Source: an uncultured Spirochaetaceae bacterium (lineage in GTDB: Bacteria > Myxococcota_A > UBA9160 > UBA4427). Taken from it: a stretch of DNA of 64,000 bases. Location: the NCBI GenBank assembly GCA_964515335.1, contig CAZETS010000002.1, positions 42,285 to 106,284 of the forward strand, in the 5' to 3' direction. Below are positions 27,186 through 38,901 of this stretch, in pieces; the first letter of the stretch is position 1, and each line of letters starts with the position of its first letter. The position numbers and the translations under genes are program-made. The notes beneath the pieces were generated by a model that searched no databases, was not told the origin of the DNA, and was given only the letters and a program-made list of their open reading frames with translations.

Positions 27186-27442
27186 GTGACAAAATTGCGA
27201 TCTGCGAGACGAATCGGCGGTGAATTACGGGTCCGGACACGCTGCAAGGAGCGAAGAAGGCCGCACGAGCGACCTGTGCGAGACCACGCGGCGATCAACC
27301 TCTCGGCCGAACCGGCACCGTGCGATCCCGGCGTCAGCGCACCTCGACCGCTCGCGTGGGCCGCTCTCAGGGGCCGTGGATCAACACGGGACCACGCCGG
27401 ACACACGCCGGCACACGCCGCCGGTGCGCCCGTCCAGCCCTT

Positions 27443-27490
27443 CCAAAGAGGCGAAATCAGCGCGACGGGGACCGAACGCTGGTCGCGCTG
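27443..27490 (-). terminator. Candidate intrinsic terminator after the bS22-like gene
   Basis: 9-bp stem CAGCGCGAC/GTCGCGCTG (27458-27490) with a 15-nt loop, followed on the minus strand by AUUUCGCCUCUUU. It sits ~60 nt past the stop. Confidence 0.4.
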
Positions 27491-27550
27491 GCCGCTCGCA
27501 GTCGCGCACCTGGCCGCGTAGCCGGGCGCGTGGAGGTAGGAGCCGGGGCC

Positions 27551-27637
27551 CTACTTCTTGTGACGCTGGCGCTTCAGAAGCTTGCGCTGCTTGTGCTTGC
27601 GCATCTTCTTGCGGCGCTTCTTGATGACGCTGCCCAC
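27551..27637 (-). CDS. bS22-like small ribosomal protein (AURKAIP1/COX24-domain mini-protein), 28 codons, GTG start
   Basis: Hand translation of the minus strand gives [28 protein letters not shown]. This is nearly identical over its first ~20 residues to mycobacterial bS22 as I recall it ([21 protein letters not shown]...). It is too short to appear in the ORF track. Confidence 0.55.
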   Translation of the reverse strand: [28 protein letters not shown]

Positions 27638-27780
27638 GTGATCGACCCCTGAGGCTGCGATTCGCGATGTGGCTCGCGATCGGAGCCGTGCAGGCCCCGA
27701 ATCGGACCTGCACTCGATGGGCGGCGAGTGCGCGCCCGATTCGGTGCTACCCGGGGCAGACAGCCCGCGAGCGGGCAGTA

Positions 27781-27809
27781 GGAATAGTGACTCGCCACGT
27801 CGGCGTCAA
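27781..27809 (-). promoter_or_regulatory. Weak promoter candidate upstream of the bS22-like gene
   Basis: Minus strand TTGACG-N17-TATTCC. The -35 is identical to three other candidates in the window, but the -10 is poor. Confidence 0.2.
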
Positions 27810-27867
27810 GGCGCCCGGCTGCATCGCGCCAGCCGGATCCCCCGCCGAAAGCGCTACTCCCGCGGGG

Positions 27868-28365
27868 TCAGCTCACCCAGGGAAGCGGGCGGAACGTGAC
27901 GACGCTGTGCCGTACCGCTCCCAGCCACCGGTTGACGGGATGGCGTCGCGGCAGGAATCCGAGAACCGGCGTTGCGCGATCACCCACCTCGCGCAGGCTA
28001 CGAAGGATCCCTTCGTGTGAGGGATCGATCATCAGGCCACGTCTCAGGAAGCGCACACCCTCCGACTTGAAGCCGAAGCCGAAGTGCAGCCGCGCCAGGT
28101 TGAAGTACAGGTCGGGGTTGAAGAACTCCTGCTTGACGGCCGACTGACACAGTTCGACCGCCTCCTCGAAGCGCCGATCGACGAGCCCCAGGCAGAGGCC
28201 GTAGTAGGAGCGCACCCGCGAGTCGTTGCCCTCAGCCGCGTACGCGATCTGCAGAACCGGCAGCGCAGCCTCCGGATCACCGCCTTCGAAGAGCGCCCGA
28301 CCGCGCTCGAACGTCTCGCGCGCCGAACCCTCGTCGCTCGCTCCATCGCCCCATGTCGCACTCAT
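27868..28365 (-). CDS. Tetratricopeptide-repeat (TPR) protein
   Basis: 165 aa with TPR-like helices (ETFERGRALFEGGDPEAALPVLQIAY, YYGLCLG, FEEAVELCQSAV, YFNLARLHF). Confidence 0.65.
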   Translation of the reverse strand: MSATWGDGASDEGSARETFERGRALFEGGDPEAALPVLQIAYAAEGNDSRVRSYYGLCLGLVDRRFEEAVELCQSAVKQEFFNPDLYFNLARLHFGFGFKSEGVRFLRRGLMIDPSHEGILRSLREVGDRATPVLGFLPRRHPVNRWLGAVRHSVVTFRPLPWVS

Positions 28366-28794
28366 CCAGCCTTCCCCTGCTCGTCTACCGCGTCGCCGCT
28401 CGCGACGGCCGCCGCCGTCCGGTCGCCTGGCCCATCAGGCGTCGACTCGCCCGAGGCGATCGTCCGCCGTGCCGATTCCACTGCCATCGGTCGAACATCC
28501 GAGCAACTCGACCCGAATACCGGGTTCGCAAGCTCCGTGCCCACCCACGGACGTGCAACTCCGACCGAAAAGCCCTGCCAAGACGGGGCCGGGTCGGACC
28601 CGCAGCGGGTGTCCCGGCCCGCCGGGTCACGAAATCGAAAACGGGACTTTCGACTTCGTGATTCGAATCCGGGCCGGCGCCGCGTCGGCAAACGGGGCGC
28701 CAAGGGCTAGCTCAGCCCCGGTTCGGGGCCCGGGTGTCGCGCTCGCACCGCTGTCGGCGCCGACTCGCCGGAGCGAGCCGCCCAGGGTGCTGGA

Positions 28795-29031
28795 TCAGTA
28801 CTCGATGATCTCGAGGATGTAGCGCTTCTTCTCCTTGCCGCTGGCCGCTGCCATCAGCGTTCTGATCGCCGATGCGTGCGCCCCCCCCTTGCCGATCACC
28901 TTGCCGAGGTCTTCCTTCGCAACCCTGAGCTCGAGCACGTGCGCGTGCTCGCCGACCACTTCCTTGATCTGCACTTCGCCGGGTTGGTCGACCAGAGCCT
29001 TCACGATGTCTTCGATGAGCTGCTTCATCAT
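28795..29031 (-). CDS. KH-domain RNA-binding protein (UPF0109/YlqC-like)
   Basis: MMKQLIEDIVKALVDQPGEV..., with the GxxG motif in GKVIGKGG. About 78 aa, typical of this family. Confidence 0.8.
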   Translation of the reverse strand: MMKQLIEDIVKALVDQPGEVQIKEVVGEHAHVLELRVAKEDLGKVIGKGGAHASAIRTLMAAASGKEKKRYILEIIEY

Positions 29032-29384
29032 GACCCAGAATCCCCACTCCAACTTCCACGTGCCGCCATGAGTCGACGATGGACTCGACTTGCCGCGCCC
29101 ATCCGGGCCTCCGGCACCGCCTCTCAGTTTACGCCTTTCCCTAGAGATGGCGGTGTTTCGCAGAAGAATACTTCGACTAACGAACACGATGGGGGCAGTA
29201 CCCCGCGGGCCTGCCCCGAACTACGGGGGGCGGCAGTGCCCGGAATGGGGTAGCGCCCCATCGGTACACATACGGGGCGCGTGTCTACAGAAGACGAACC
29301 GCACGACGCGCGCCGGCGTGCAGGACCTGGCACAATGGCTGTGCTTCGGCGCGCCCGACACTCATGTACGTCGAGCGCTTCGAC

Positions 29385-30302
29385 TCAGGCGGGGTGCGGC
29401 CGCGCAAAGCCGAGCGACGCCTCGCGCTGGCCCCAGTCGAAAGGCACGACACGCTGCTCGACGGGCACACCGAGCCGCAGCACCGGGACCGCGCCGCCGA
29501 TCGACTCCGCGGCGTCGAGCAGCTGCTCTGCCATCTCTGGCGCGTGGACCGGCGCGCAGGCATGCTCGACGAGGGCGTGGATCGCTTCGCTCGCGCTCAA
29601 CGGATCGACCTCGACGCGCTCCGTGCGCGACAGCAGATGAACGGCGTCGAGCCTCCCCGACACCGCCGCTTCCGGATGCCCGAAGCTGCCGGGCAGTCCG
29701 TAAACACGGGCGACGCCGTCGTGCATGCGCACCACGAAGCGCGTCCCCGGTGTCTGTACGACGCCGTCGGCGTCCTTTCGCAGCCAGGCACGCAGGCTGG
29801 GCCGGCTCGCATCGATGCGCTGGTCTTCCGGTGACAGGATGGCGAGCGCGCGACCCCGATCGACGATCGCCGTACCCGAGAGTACGAGCCCCCCGGCCCC
29901 GATCGTGCGATGGATGAGCAGAAGGTCGAGCAGCGGCCCGTCGAGTGGATGGCGACAGCTTTCCACGGCGCCGGGCGAGATGGTGACGACGCCTTCCGAG
30001 AACGACCGGTCGAAGCATGCCACGCGCTCGAAGCGGTGGTCGATCCGGTGGATCGCCATCCACCACTCGTCGCCCACCAAGCCCACGTCGAAGGTGCCGC
30101 CCTCGAACGAGTAGGTGATCGGGTCCCAGTCGGGCGGAGCCACGCGGCCGATCGTTACGCCGACATGAACGTCGGGATCGAGCGGCGCACAGGCGTGCCG
30201 GGCGAGCCCGGACTCGGGCCAGTCCCAGTCGAAACCGGGCGGCGCCTCCACGGCCAACCGCGTTCCTGCCAGCTCGATCCCTCGAAGCCTCGTCCGTGCC
30301 AT
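29385..30302 (-). CDS. Hypothetical protein (305 aa), no motif recognised
   Basis: Hand translation shows strong G/C third-position bias throughout. The ATG is preceded by a GAGGAAGGGGGAGGGG purine tract. No family identified. Confidence 0.6.
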   Translation of the reverse strand: MARTRLRGIELAGTRLAVEAPPGFDWDWPESGLARHACAPLDPDVHVGVTIGRVAPPDWDPITYSFEGGTFDVGLVGDEWWMAIHRIDHRFERVACFDRSFSEGVVTISPGAVESCRHPLDGPLLDLLLIHRTIGAGGLVLSGTAIVDRGRALAILSPEDQRIDASRPSLRAWLRKDADGVVQTPGTRFVVRMHDGVARVYGLPGSFGHPEAAVSGRLDAVHLLSRTERVEVDPLSASEAIHALVEHACAPVHAPEMAEQLLDAAESIGGAVPVLRLGVPVEQRVVPFDWGQREASLGFARPHPA

Positions 30303-30624
30303 ACCCCTCCCCCTTCCTCTCGCCTCGCCGTTCTCTCCGCACTCCTTTCATCGGCACGGGGCGGCAGTTCTTTACAGTCACGACCGAAAAATCCGCGGGC
30401 GCTTCGCCGAGGGGCTTGGCCCCCGGAAGCGGGCGCTAGCGCCATCCGACCGCCGGGAGTAGAGAATCCCCCCGATCTGGGTTACCGAATGGTCGCCCGT
30501 GAAGGCCGGCCGCTGGACCCGATCCGGGCACCCGGCGCCCCCCTCACCCCCGTACTCGCAGAGCCCTCGGGTCGGCGCTCGTCGCGCCTCCTGTCCGGGC
30601 ACATTGCGCACGAAGAGTGGCTGT

Positions 30625-31983
30625 ATGGCGACGCCGGTCGTAACCAGCCGAATCATCCGACGCCTGCTTGCCAGCGGTGTCCACGGCCGCGCCGAGCGGC
30701 TGCTGGCCCGGGTCCATCCGGCGGACCTCGGCCCCCTGCTCGCCGACCTGACGCCCGACGAGATCCGCACCGTCATCGACCTGCTCTTCAACCAGCACCG
30801 CGCCGCCACCCTGCTGCGCGAGCTGCCCCACGAGCTGCTGCCGCAGATCTTCGACGCGATCACCGACCAGCGCCTGGCCGAGGTGCTCGCGCGTCTCGAG
30901 ATCGACGACCTCTCGCAGCTCGTCGAGTACGTGCCCGAGGATCGGCGCGAGACCGTGCAGGATCTGCTGCCGCGCCACCGGCGCGACGAGCTGCGGCACG
31001 CCGGCCTGTATCCGCCGGACAGCGCCGGCCGCGTGATGACGACGAGGTTCCTGGCGCTCGACGAGAAGATGTCGGCCCAGGAGGCGATCGACTCGATCCG
31101 TGCCACCGGCGGCGGTGGCCGCGAGGACGCGATCCTCTACCTCTACGTGGTGGACGACGAGCGCCACCTGCTCGGGGTCGTGCCGATCCGACGCCTCGTT
31201 GCCGCGCCGCCCGACACCCCCGTCGCGGAGTTGATCGCCGGCGAGTCCATCAGCGTGCCACCCGAGGCCGATCAGGAAGAGGTCGCGCAGCTCGTCGCGC
31301 GCTACGACCTGCTAGCAGTGCCGGTCACCGACGCCGACGGCCGGCTGCTCGGCATCATCACCGTGGACGACGTGATCGACGTGATCACCGAGGAGGCCAC
31401 CGAGGACATCTACCACCTCGCGGGCCTCTCCGAGGAGGACCGGGTCTTCACGTCGGCGCGCGTGTCGATCCGCAAGCGTCTGCCGTGGATGCTCCTCAAC
31501 CTGGGCACCGCGTTCACCGCGGCGGCGGTCGTTGGACTGTTCGAGCGCACCCTCGACCAGCTGGTGAGCCTGGCGGTCTTCCTGCCGGTGGTCGCCGGCG
31601 TCGGCGGCAACGGCGGCGTCCAGACGCTGACGGTCATCACGCGCGCGATCGCGCTCGGCGAGATCGAGTTCTCGAGCGGCCTGCGCGCGGTCGGCAAGGA
31701 GATGGCGGTCGGCATGGTGATCGGGATCGCGGCCGGCCTGCTGGCGGGCGGCATGGCGACGCTCTGGCAGGGCAACCCGTACATGGGCGTGGTGCTGCTG
31801 TTCGCCATGATGATCACGCTCACCGTCGCCAGCGTGCTGGGGGCCGCGGTGCCCCTGCTCCTGAAGGCGATGGGGCAGGATCCGGCCGTCGGAGCCGGCG
31901 TGTTCGTGCTGTTCTTCACCGACGCACTCGGCTTCGCCTCGTTCCTCGGCATCGCGACACTGCTCCTCGACCGGCTCGTCTAG
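30625..31983 (+). CDS. mgtE: Magnesium transporter MgtE
   Basis: N-terminal MgtE domain, tandem CBS region (YLYVVDDERHLLGVVPIRRLV, VPVTDADGRLLGIITVDDVIDVI), and a C-terminal five-helix membrane domain. The start is set at the ATG at 30625. Confidence 0.9.
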   Translation: MATPVVTSRIIRRLLASGVHGRAERLLARVHPADLGPLLADLTPDEIRTVIDLLFNQHRAATLLRELPHELLPQIFDAITDQRLAEVLARLEIDDLSQLVEYVPEDRRETVQDLLPRHRRDELRHAGLYPPDSAGRVMTTRFLALDEKMSAQEAIDSIRATGGGGREDAILYLYVVDDERHLLGVVPIRRLVAAPPDTPVAELIAGESISVPPEADQEEVAQLVARYDLLAVPVTDADGRLLGIITVDDVIDVITEEATEDIYHLAGLSEEDRVFTSARVSIRKRLPWMLLNLGTAFTAAAVVGLFERTLDQLVSLAVFLPVVAGVGGNGGVQTLTVITRAIALGEIEFSSGLRAVGKEMAVGMVIGIAAGLLAGGMATLWQGNPYMGVVLLFAMMITLTVASVLGAAVPLLLKAMGQDPAVGAGVFVLFFTDALGFASFLGIATLLLDRLV

Positions 31984-31995
31984 GAGCCTGTGCCG

Positions 31996-34869
31996 TCAGA
32001 GCCGCTCGCGCACCCAGCCGTCTTCGCCGCGGATCAGCTCGTAGGTGGGCCAGTAGCCGAGGTCGAGCTCGAGGGTCACCACCGAGACGCGCCCCTCGAG
32101 ATCCGCGACCTCGAGACGCACCGAACCGCGATCGGGCTTTCCCTGCACGGCGGCGAGGAAGGCACCGAGGTCCGGCGTGGGCGTGCCGTCGACCTCCAGG
32201 ATGCGCAGGGTGGCCTCCAGCCCGTAGCGATCGGCCGGCGAGCCGAACCAGTAGCGCGCCACGTAGACGCCCTCTCGCGGCAGCTGCTGTTGTCTCGCCA
32301 CCGCGCGCGGCGGCCGCTGCAGCAGCGTGCCGGCCCAGATCAGCGCCCGGTCGGTGCCGACGCCGTCGAGCGGCGCGGTGGGCACCACCACGTCGGCTTC
32401 CTTTCCGTCGCGCAGGATGCGCAGCGCGACCCGCTCGCCGACGCTGGCCTCCTCGATCTCGTGGAAGCGGGAGACCGGCCGGCCGTCGATCGATATCAGC
32501 AGATCGCCGGGCCTCAGCAGGCCGTCGGACGGCCCTCCCGCCGTGACGCTGTACACCGCCAGCACCCGCCGCCCCTTCGGATCGTGCCGTTCGAGGCGAG
32601 TCGCCTGCTCGGGAGGGAGTCCGCGCGCCCGCGCGCCCGCCAGCGTCAGCGGCTGGAGCTCCACGTCGAGCGAGCGCCAGCCGACCGGCCGGCCCGCACG
32701 CAGCGGCTCGACGATGCGAAGGATCTGCCGCACCGGCACGCCCGCGAAGAAGCCATCCACCGAGTTGCCCGAACCCGTCGAGAACGACGCCCAGAACGCG
32801 CGCACCCGGCCGCGATCGTCGGTCAACACGCCTCCCACCGTAGGGGTCGCGTCGTCGAGGATGATCAGCTCGAGGTTGCTCTCCTGGAAGCGCGGGGGAT
32901 GGGTGGGGGGAAGCACGATCGGCTCGCGCCGGGCCACCTTCGTCTCGCGCGACACGACGCGCTCGGCGGAGGACAGTCCCACCAGGAAGACGGAATCCCC
33001 CTCCTCGAGTTCTCCTTCGCGCAGCTGCGCCGAGCGCACGCGGGTATCGCCGAGCAGCGCCGGGTCGTAGCGGATGACGGCCAGGTTGTGCTCGGGATGC
33101 AGATACACGACCTCGCCGGGTATCCGCACCGAACCGCCCACCACGACCGAGAGGTCACCGAGCGCAATCGGAACCGTCTCGCGATCGACCACCACGAGAC
33201 CGCGCTCGGCGTCGACGACCAGACCCGTGCCGTGGAAGCGATCGCCGTGGACGCCATCCAGCCGGTACGGGATGTCGTACTCCACCATCACGAGGGAAGG
33301 CGAAATCGCCCGCACCGCCTTCTCACCGTGGGCGCCCAGCGACGTGGTGACCGGCTGCAGCGGCTCGGCGGCCGGTGGCGCCGGCGACGCCGTGCAGGGC
33401 CAGAGCCCGCTGGCGTCGTCGCGCGTGCAGCGCTGCATCGAGAACCAGAGGCGGTCGACGCGTACGACCACGATGCCCGGCGCCCGGGGATTGTCGAGCA
33501 GCCAGTAGCGCAGCGGCAGCATCGCGCCGTCGGGATACGCGGCGACCTCCTTCTCGAAGGTCTCCAGGGTGGGCGTCGCGACACCCTTCACGTGGGTGAT
33601 CACGGCACCGGGCGGGAGGCCCGAGCGGGAGAGCGCGTAGCCCGGGTTCGCGACGAAGACGCCCGCCACCGGCACGCCGTGGTTGCGCGCCTGGTGGTAC
33701 GAGAGCGGGTTCAGCACGCCCCCCCCGAATTCGAGATAGGCCGACGGCGTGATGGCGTGCAGGTCCTCGACCTGCGCCTCGAGGGCGAGCGGCTCACCGC
33801 CGCGCTCGACCTCGATGGTGACCGACCCGCCCACGCTCTCGTCGAGGCGCGACTCGAGTGGCAGGAAGGCGTCGATGGGCTCGCCGTCGACGCGCACGAT
33901 CACGTCACCCGGCTCGAGGACGCCGTCGGCCGGCCCCCCCGGCACGATTTCGCGCACCACGATCATCCCCGTGCCGTCGGGAAAGTCCCGCCGCACCCGG
34001 GCCTCGGTCTCCCGGCGCAGACCGAGGCGACGCAGCTCGTCGTAGGGCTCGTGGACGAACACCGCCTGCAAGGTGCCGCGCGTCGGGGTCTCCCCCTCGC
34101 GCAGGGCCTGCAGCGCGCGATTCACCCGGTCGAGCGGCAGGAAGAAGCTGGACGCCGCCAGGCGCTTGCCGCCGGCGTTGAGAGCCACGACGCGGCCCTC
34201 GATGTCGATCACCGGCGAGCCCGACGAGCCCCCCGACGTGCCCGACGCGGCCTGGATGTAGAACGTGTTGAAGTCGTTGAAGCCCGAGCTGCCGTAGTCG
34301 GGGGCGGCGCGGTCGAGCCGGGCAATCGTGCCCGCCAGGATCGAGAGCTTCTCGCCGGCGTCGTTGCCGATCACGCGCACCTCGAGGCCCACGCCGACCC
34401 GCTCGGGCGCGAGCTCGAGCTCGGGCACCTCCATGAACCGGACGTCCTCCGGATCGAAGCGGTACAGCCCGAAGTCGTGAACGGGGTCGCGATAGACCGC
34501 GCGGATATCGACCTCCTCGTTGTTCAGGAAGACGGCCTGGGCGGTCACCGGTCCGGCCGTGACCACGTGACGGTTCGTGAGGATCAGGCCACGCTCGGCA
34601 TCCACCACGAAGCCGGTCGCCACCGCGTCGCCGGCCTGCACGCCGTCGAAGGCGCGCGGCGCGCTGACCTTGATGACCACCACCGCCGGAGCGACCTGGT
34701 CGATGGTGGCCTGCCAGCCGTTTCCGGCCTGCGCGACGGCCAGACTCGCCAGCCCGGTCGCGATGAGCGACGCGATCAATCGGTTCTCCTCTATTTCGGC
34801 GCGACGCAGCGGTGTGCCCCGCCCGGTCACGACACACTCCCCGACCCCGCCCGGGCGCCGCCGGTTCAC
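31996..34869 (-). CDS. Duplicated HtrA-like serine protease with PDZ domains (Nma111-like architecture)
   Basis: The first half carries His (TNRHVV), Asp (DFGLYRF) and Ser ([13 protein letters not shown]). The second half repeats the fold but has no GxSGxP serine motif. PDZ-like segments follow each half. A signal-like [18 protein letters not shown] is present, and the start is uncertain (GTG at 34869 or TTG at 34779). Confidence 0.75.
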   Translation of the reverse strand: MNRRRPGGVGECVVTGRGTPLRRAEIEENRLIASLIATGLASLAVAQAGNGWQATIDQVAPAVVVIKVSAPRAFDGVQAGDAVATGFVVDAERGLILTNRHVVTAGPVTAQAVFLNNEEVDIRAVYRDPVHDFGLYRFDPEDVRFMEVPELELAPERVGVGLEVRVIGNDAGEKLSILAGTIARLDRAAPDYGSSGFNDFNTFYIQAASGTSGGSSGSPVIDIEGRVVALNAGGKRLAASSFFLPLDRVNRALQALREGETPTRGTLQAVFVHEPYDELRRLGLRRETEARVRRDFPDGTGMIVVREIVPGGPADGVLEPGDVIVRVDGEPIDAFLPLESRLDESVGGSVTIEVERGGEPLALEAQVEDLHAITPSAYLEFGGGVLNPLSYHQARNHGVPVAGVFVANPGYALSRSGLPPGAVITHVKGVATPTLETFEKEVAAYPDGAMLPLRYWLLDNPRAPGIVVVRVDRLWFSMQRCTRDDASGLWPCTASPAPPAAEPLQPVTTSLGAHGEKAVRAISPSLVMVEYDIPYRLDGVHGDRFHGTGLVVDAERGLVVVDRETVPIALGDLSVVVGGSVRIPGEVVYLHPEHNLAVIRYDPALLGDTRVRSAQLREGELEEGDSVFLVGLSSAERVVSRETKVARREPIVLPPTHPPRFQESNLELIILDDATPTVGGVLTDDRGRVRAFWASFSTGSGNSVDGFFAGVPVRQILRIVEPLRAGRPVGWRSLDVELQPLTLAGARARGLPPEQATRLERHDPKGRRVLAVYSVTAGGPSDGLLRPGDLLISIDGRPVSRFHEIEEASVGERVALRILRDGKEADVVVPTAPLDGVGTDRALIWAGTLLQRPPRAVARQQQLPREGVYVARYWFGSPADRYGLEATLRILEVDGTPTPDLGAFLAAVQGKPDRGSVRLEVADLEGRVSVVTLELDLGYWPTYELIRGEDGWVRERL

Positions 34870-34902
34870 CAGCCAGCCGATCCCGAGCGCCGACCCTCGT
34901 TC

Positions 34903-36254
34903 TCAGCCGGAGAACCGCAGGTCGATCTCGCGCAGCATCCGGTCGCGCACGTCCTCGTAGCGGGCCGGCAGCTCGATCGGCGGATTCGGATCGGCGGACA
35001 CCATGCCGTCGAGTTCCATGCGGTGGTAGTCGAGCTTCACGTCGGTGAACTTCAGTCCGTGGGCGGTCGAGATCACCACGACCCGCTCGCTCGGGCGGAT
35101 CAGGCCGCGTGCGGCGAGCTTGCGCATGGCGACGAGGGCCACTCCGGTGTGCGGGCAGTTGAAGAGCCCCGTCCGGTCCGCCGCCGCGCAGGCCTCGACG
35201 ATCTCGCTCTCGCTGGCCTGCTCGACCACGCCGTCGTAGCGCCGCAGTGCGTCGACGGCCTTCTCCCAGGAGACCGGGCTGCCGATCTGGATCGCCGAGG
35301 CGACCGTGGGCCGGGCCGCGACCGGCTCGAAGACCTCGAAGTCCTTCTGGTACGAGAGGTAGAGCGGATTGGCCGATTCCGCCTGACCGACGCAGATCCG
35401 CGGCCGCTTGTGGATCAGCCCCAGCTCGATCAGCATGTCGAGTCCCGCCGCCAGCGCCGACACGTTTCCGAGGTTGCCGCCCGGGATCACGATCCACTCG
35501 GGCACCTCCCAGTCGAACTGCTGCACGATCTCGATGCCGACCGTCTTCTGGCCCTCGATGCGCAGACTGTTCATCGAGTTCGCGAGATAGACCCCGTCCT
35601 TCGCGGCGACCTGCTTGACGATCTCCATGCAGCCGTCGAAGTCCGTGTCGAGCGCGAATACGATCGCGCCGTTCGCGACGGGCTGGATCAGCTGGGCGAG
35701 CGAGATCTTGCCCCGAGGCAGGAATACCACGGCCGGAACGCCCGCGGCCGCCGCGTAGGCGGAGAGCGCCGCGGAGGTGTCGCCGGTCGACGCACAGGCC
35801 ACGGCAGGAATCGGAGCGCCGCCCGCGATCATCTGTTTCACCTGCGACAGCAGCACCGTCATGCCCAGGTCCTTGAAGCTGCCGGTGTGCGAGTTGCCGC
35901 AGAGCTTGATCCACAGGTCCTCGAGGCCGACCTCACGCCCGTAGCGCTCGGCCCAGAAGAGGTTGCTGTGCCCCTCGTACATCGAGACGATGTTCTCGTT
36001 GTCGATCTCGGGCAGCACCCACTCCTTCTTGCCCCAGACACCCGATCCATAGGGCCACTCGTTACGGCGGGCGCGGCGGCCGAACAGCTCCTTCCATTCG
36101 TCGGCCGAAGTCTTTGCGAGCTCGTCCATGTCGTGGGCGACGCGCAGGAGACCGCCGTCCCGGGCCGTGTAGACGATCTCGTCGAGCGGATGCCGCTCGG
36201 CCGGGTCGTGGAGGCTCTCGAACCAGGCCCGGTAGTGGGGCTTGTCGGCGCCCA

Positions 36255-36255
<1 letters not shown>
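34903..36255 (-). CDS. thrC: Threonine synthase (long form)
   Basis: PLP-lysine motif HTGSFKDLG and [10 protein letters not shown]. 450 aa. Confidence 0.9.
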
Positions 36256-37595
<1,340 letters not shown>

Positions 37596-37686
37596 GTCGC
37601 CTCTCCCGTCCTCCCGAAACCCGTCGGGGCTTCTCACGTCCCGCGCCGTGGCCAGCCGGCCGGTCGGCGCCGCGGCCGCCGACCCG

Positions 37687-38901
37687 TCAGACCCGCGCTT
37701 CCTTGAGGAAACGCCGGATGCCGCGCACCGCCTGGCGGATGCGGTGTTTGTTCTCGACCAGTGCGAACCGCACGAACCCCTCGCCCGTCTCGCCGAAGCC
37801 GATCCCCGGCGAGACCGCCACCTTCGCCTCGCGCAGTAGCCGCTTCGAGAACTCGAGCGAGCCGAGCGACTCGAACGGCTCGGGGAGCGGGGCCCACACG
37901 AACATCGTCGCCAGTGGCGGATCGATCTTCCACTGGCCGTCCCCCGCCTGCCCCAGCCCTTCGATCAGCGTGTCGCGGCGCTCTTCGTAGACGGAGACGT
38001 TGTGGTCCACGCAGTCCTGAGGGCCGCGAAGGGCCGTGATGGCCGCGATCTGGATCGCCTGGGGCATTCCGTAGTCGAGGTAGCTCTTGATGCGTCGCAG
38101 GGCGTGCACCATGTCGGGGTTGCCGCACGCGAAGCCGACCCGCCAGCCCGCCATCGAGTGGCTCTTCGAGAGCGAGACGAACTCGATCGCGACGTCCTTG
38201 GCGCCGGGCACCTCGAGGATGCTCGGCGGCCGGTAGCCGTCGAAGGCGATCTCGGCGTACGCGAAGTCGTGCAGCACCATCAGGTCGTGGGCGCGGGCGA
38301 ACTCGACCACGCTCTCGAAGAACGCGAGGTCGACGACGTGGGTCGTCGGGTTCGCGGGGAAGGAGAGGATCAGCATCTTCGGCCGGGGCCAGGTGCGCTG
38401 CATCGCCTGCTCGAGGTTCGCGAAGAAGTCGCCGTCGAGGGTGAGCGGAACGGTGCGGAGGTCGCCGCCCGCGATGATCACCGAGTACTGGTGGATCGGA
38501 TAAGCGGGGTCCTGCACGAGCACGGTGTCGCCGGGCCCGATCGTCATCAGGACGAAGTGCGACAGGCCCTCCTTCGCACCGATCACGGCGATCGCCTCGC
38601 GGTCCGGGTCGAGGTCGACGCCGTGGCGGCGTGCGTACCACTCGGTGATGCCGGCGCGCAGGTTCGGAATGCCCTGCGACGACGAGTAGCGGTGGTTGCG
38701 CGGGTCCCGGGCCGCCTCGGCGATCTTGTCGACGACGTGGTCGGGCGTGGGCAGGTCGGGGTTGCCCATGCCCAGGTCGATGATGTCCTCGCCGGCCCGC
38801 CTCGCCGCGCGAGCGAGGTCGGTGACCTCCGCCAGCACGTAGGGGGGCAGCCGGTTCAGCTTGTGGAAGTCGTGTCGGGGCCGATTCGTCGAATCGCTCA
38901 T
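37687..38901 (-). CDS. Class I/II pyridoxal-phosphate aminotransferase (AlaA/AspC-like)
   Basis: [11 protein letters not shown], the Y..SQG pattern, and the [17 protein letters not shown]-lysine motif. The start is set at the ATG at 38901. Confidence 0.85.
   Translation of the reverse strand: MSDSTNRPRHDFHKLNRLPPYVLAEVTDLARAARRAGEDIIDLGMGNPDLPTPDHVVDKIAEAARDPRNHRYSSSQGIPNLRAGITEWYARRHGVDLDPDREAIAVIGAKEGLSHFVLMTIGPGDTVLVQDPAYPIHQYSVIIAGGDLRTVPLTLDGDFFANLEQAMQRTWPRPKMLILSFPANPTTHVVDLAFFESVVEFARAHDLMVLHDFAYAEIAFDGYRPPSILEVPGAKDVAIEFVSLSKSHSMAGWRVGFACGNPDMVHALRRIKSYLDYGMPQAIQIAAITALRGPQDCVDHNVSVYEERRDTLIEGLGQAGDGQWKIDPPLATMFVWAPLPEPFESLGSLEFSKRLLREAKVAVSPGIGFGETGEGFVRFALVENKHRIRQAVRGIRRFLKEARV

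Noticed and set aside
28652-28672. A tRNA-like T-loop sequence, GATTCGAATCC.
   Set aside because: On neither strand do the flanking 5-mers form a T-stem. No D-arm (GCTC...GAGC), anticodon arm or acceptor pairing could be built. It is simply a 10-bp palindrome.
28362-28703. A 113-codon minus-strand ORF whose stop overlaps the TPR gene start as ATGA.
   Set aside because: It has a TTG start. The N-terminal third runs through the AT-rich hairpin with many A/T-ending codons. Overall third-position GC is clearly below that of neighbouring genes, and the sequence is Arg/Ser/Pro-rich with no motif. A short acidic C-terminal peptide cannot be excluded.
30303-30624. A possible M-box (Mg2+) riboswitch upstream of mgtE.
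   Set aside because: I could not find the conserved M-box core (GUUAGGUGAGGC-type segment) or the multi-helix arrangement in the 320-nt leader. A covariance-model scan would be needed to overturn this.
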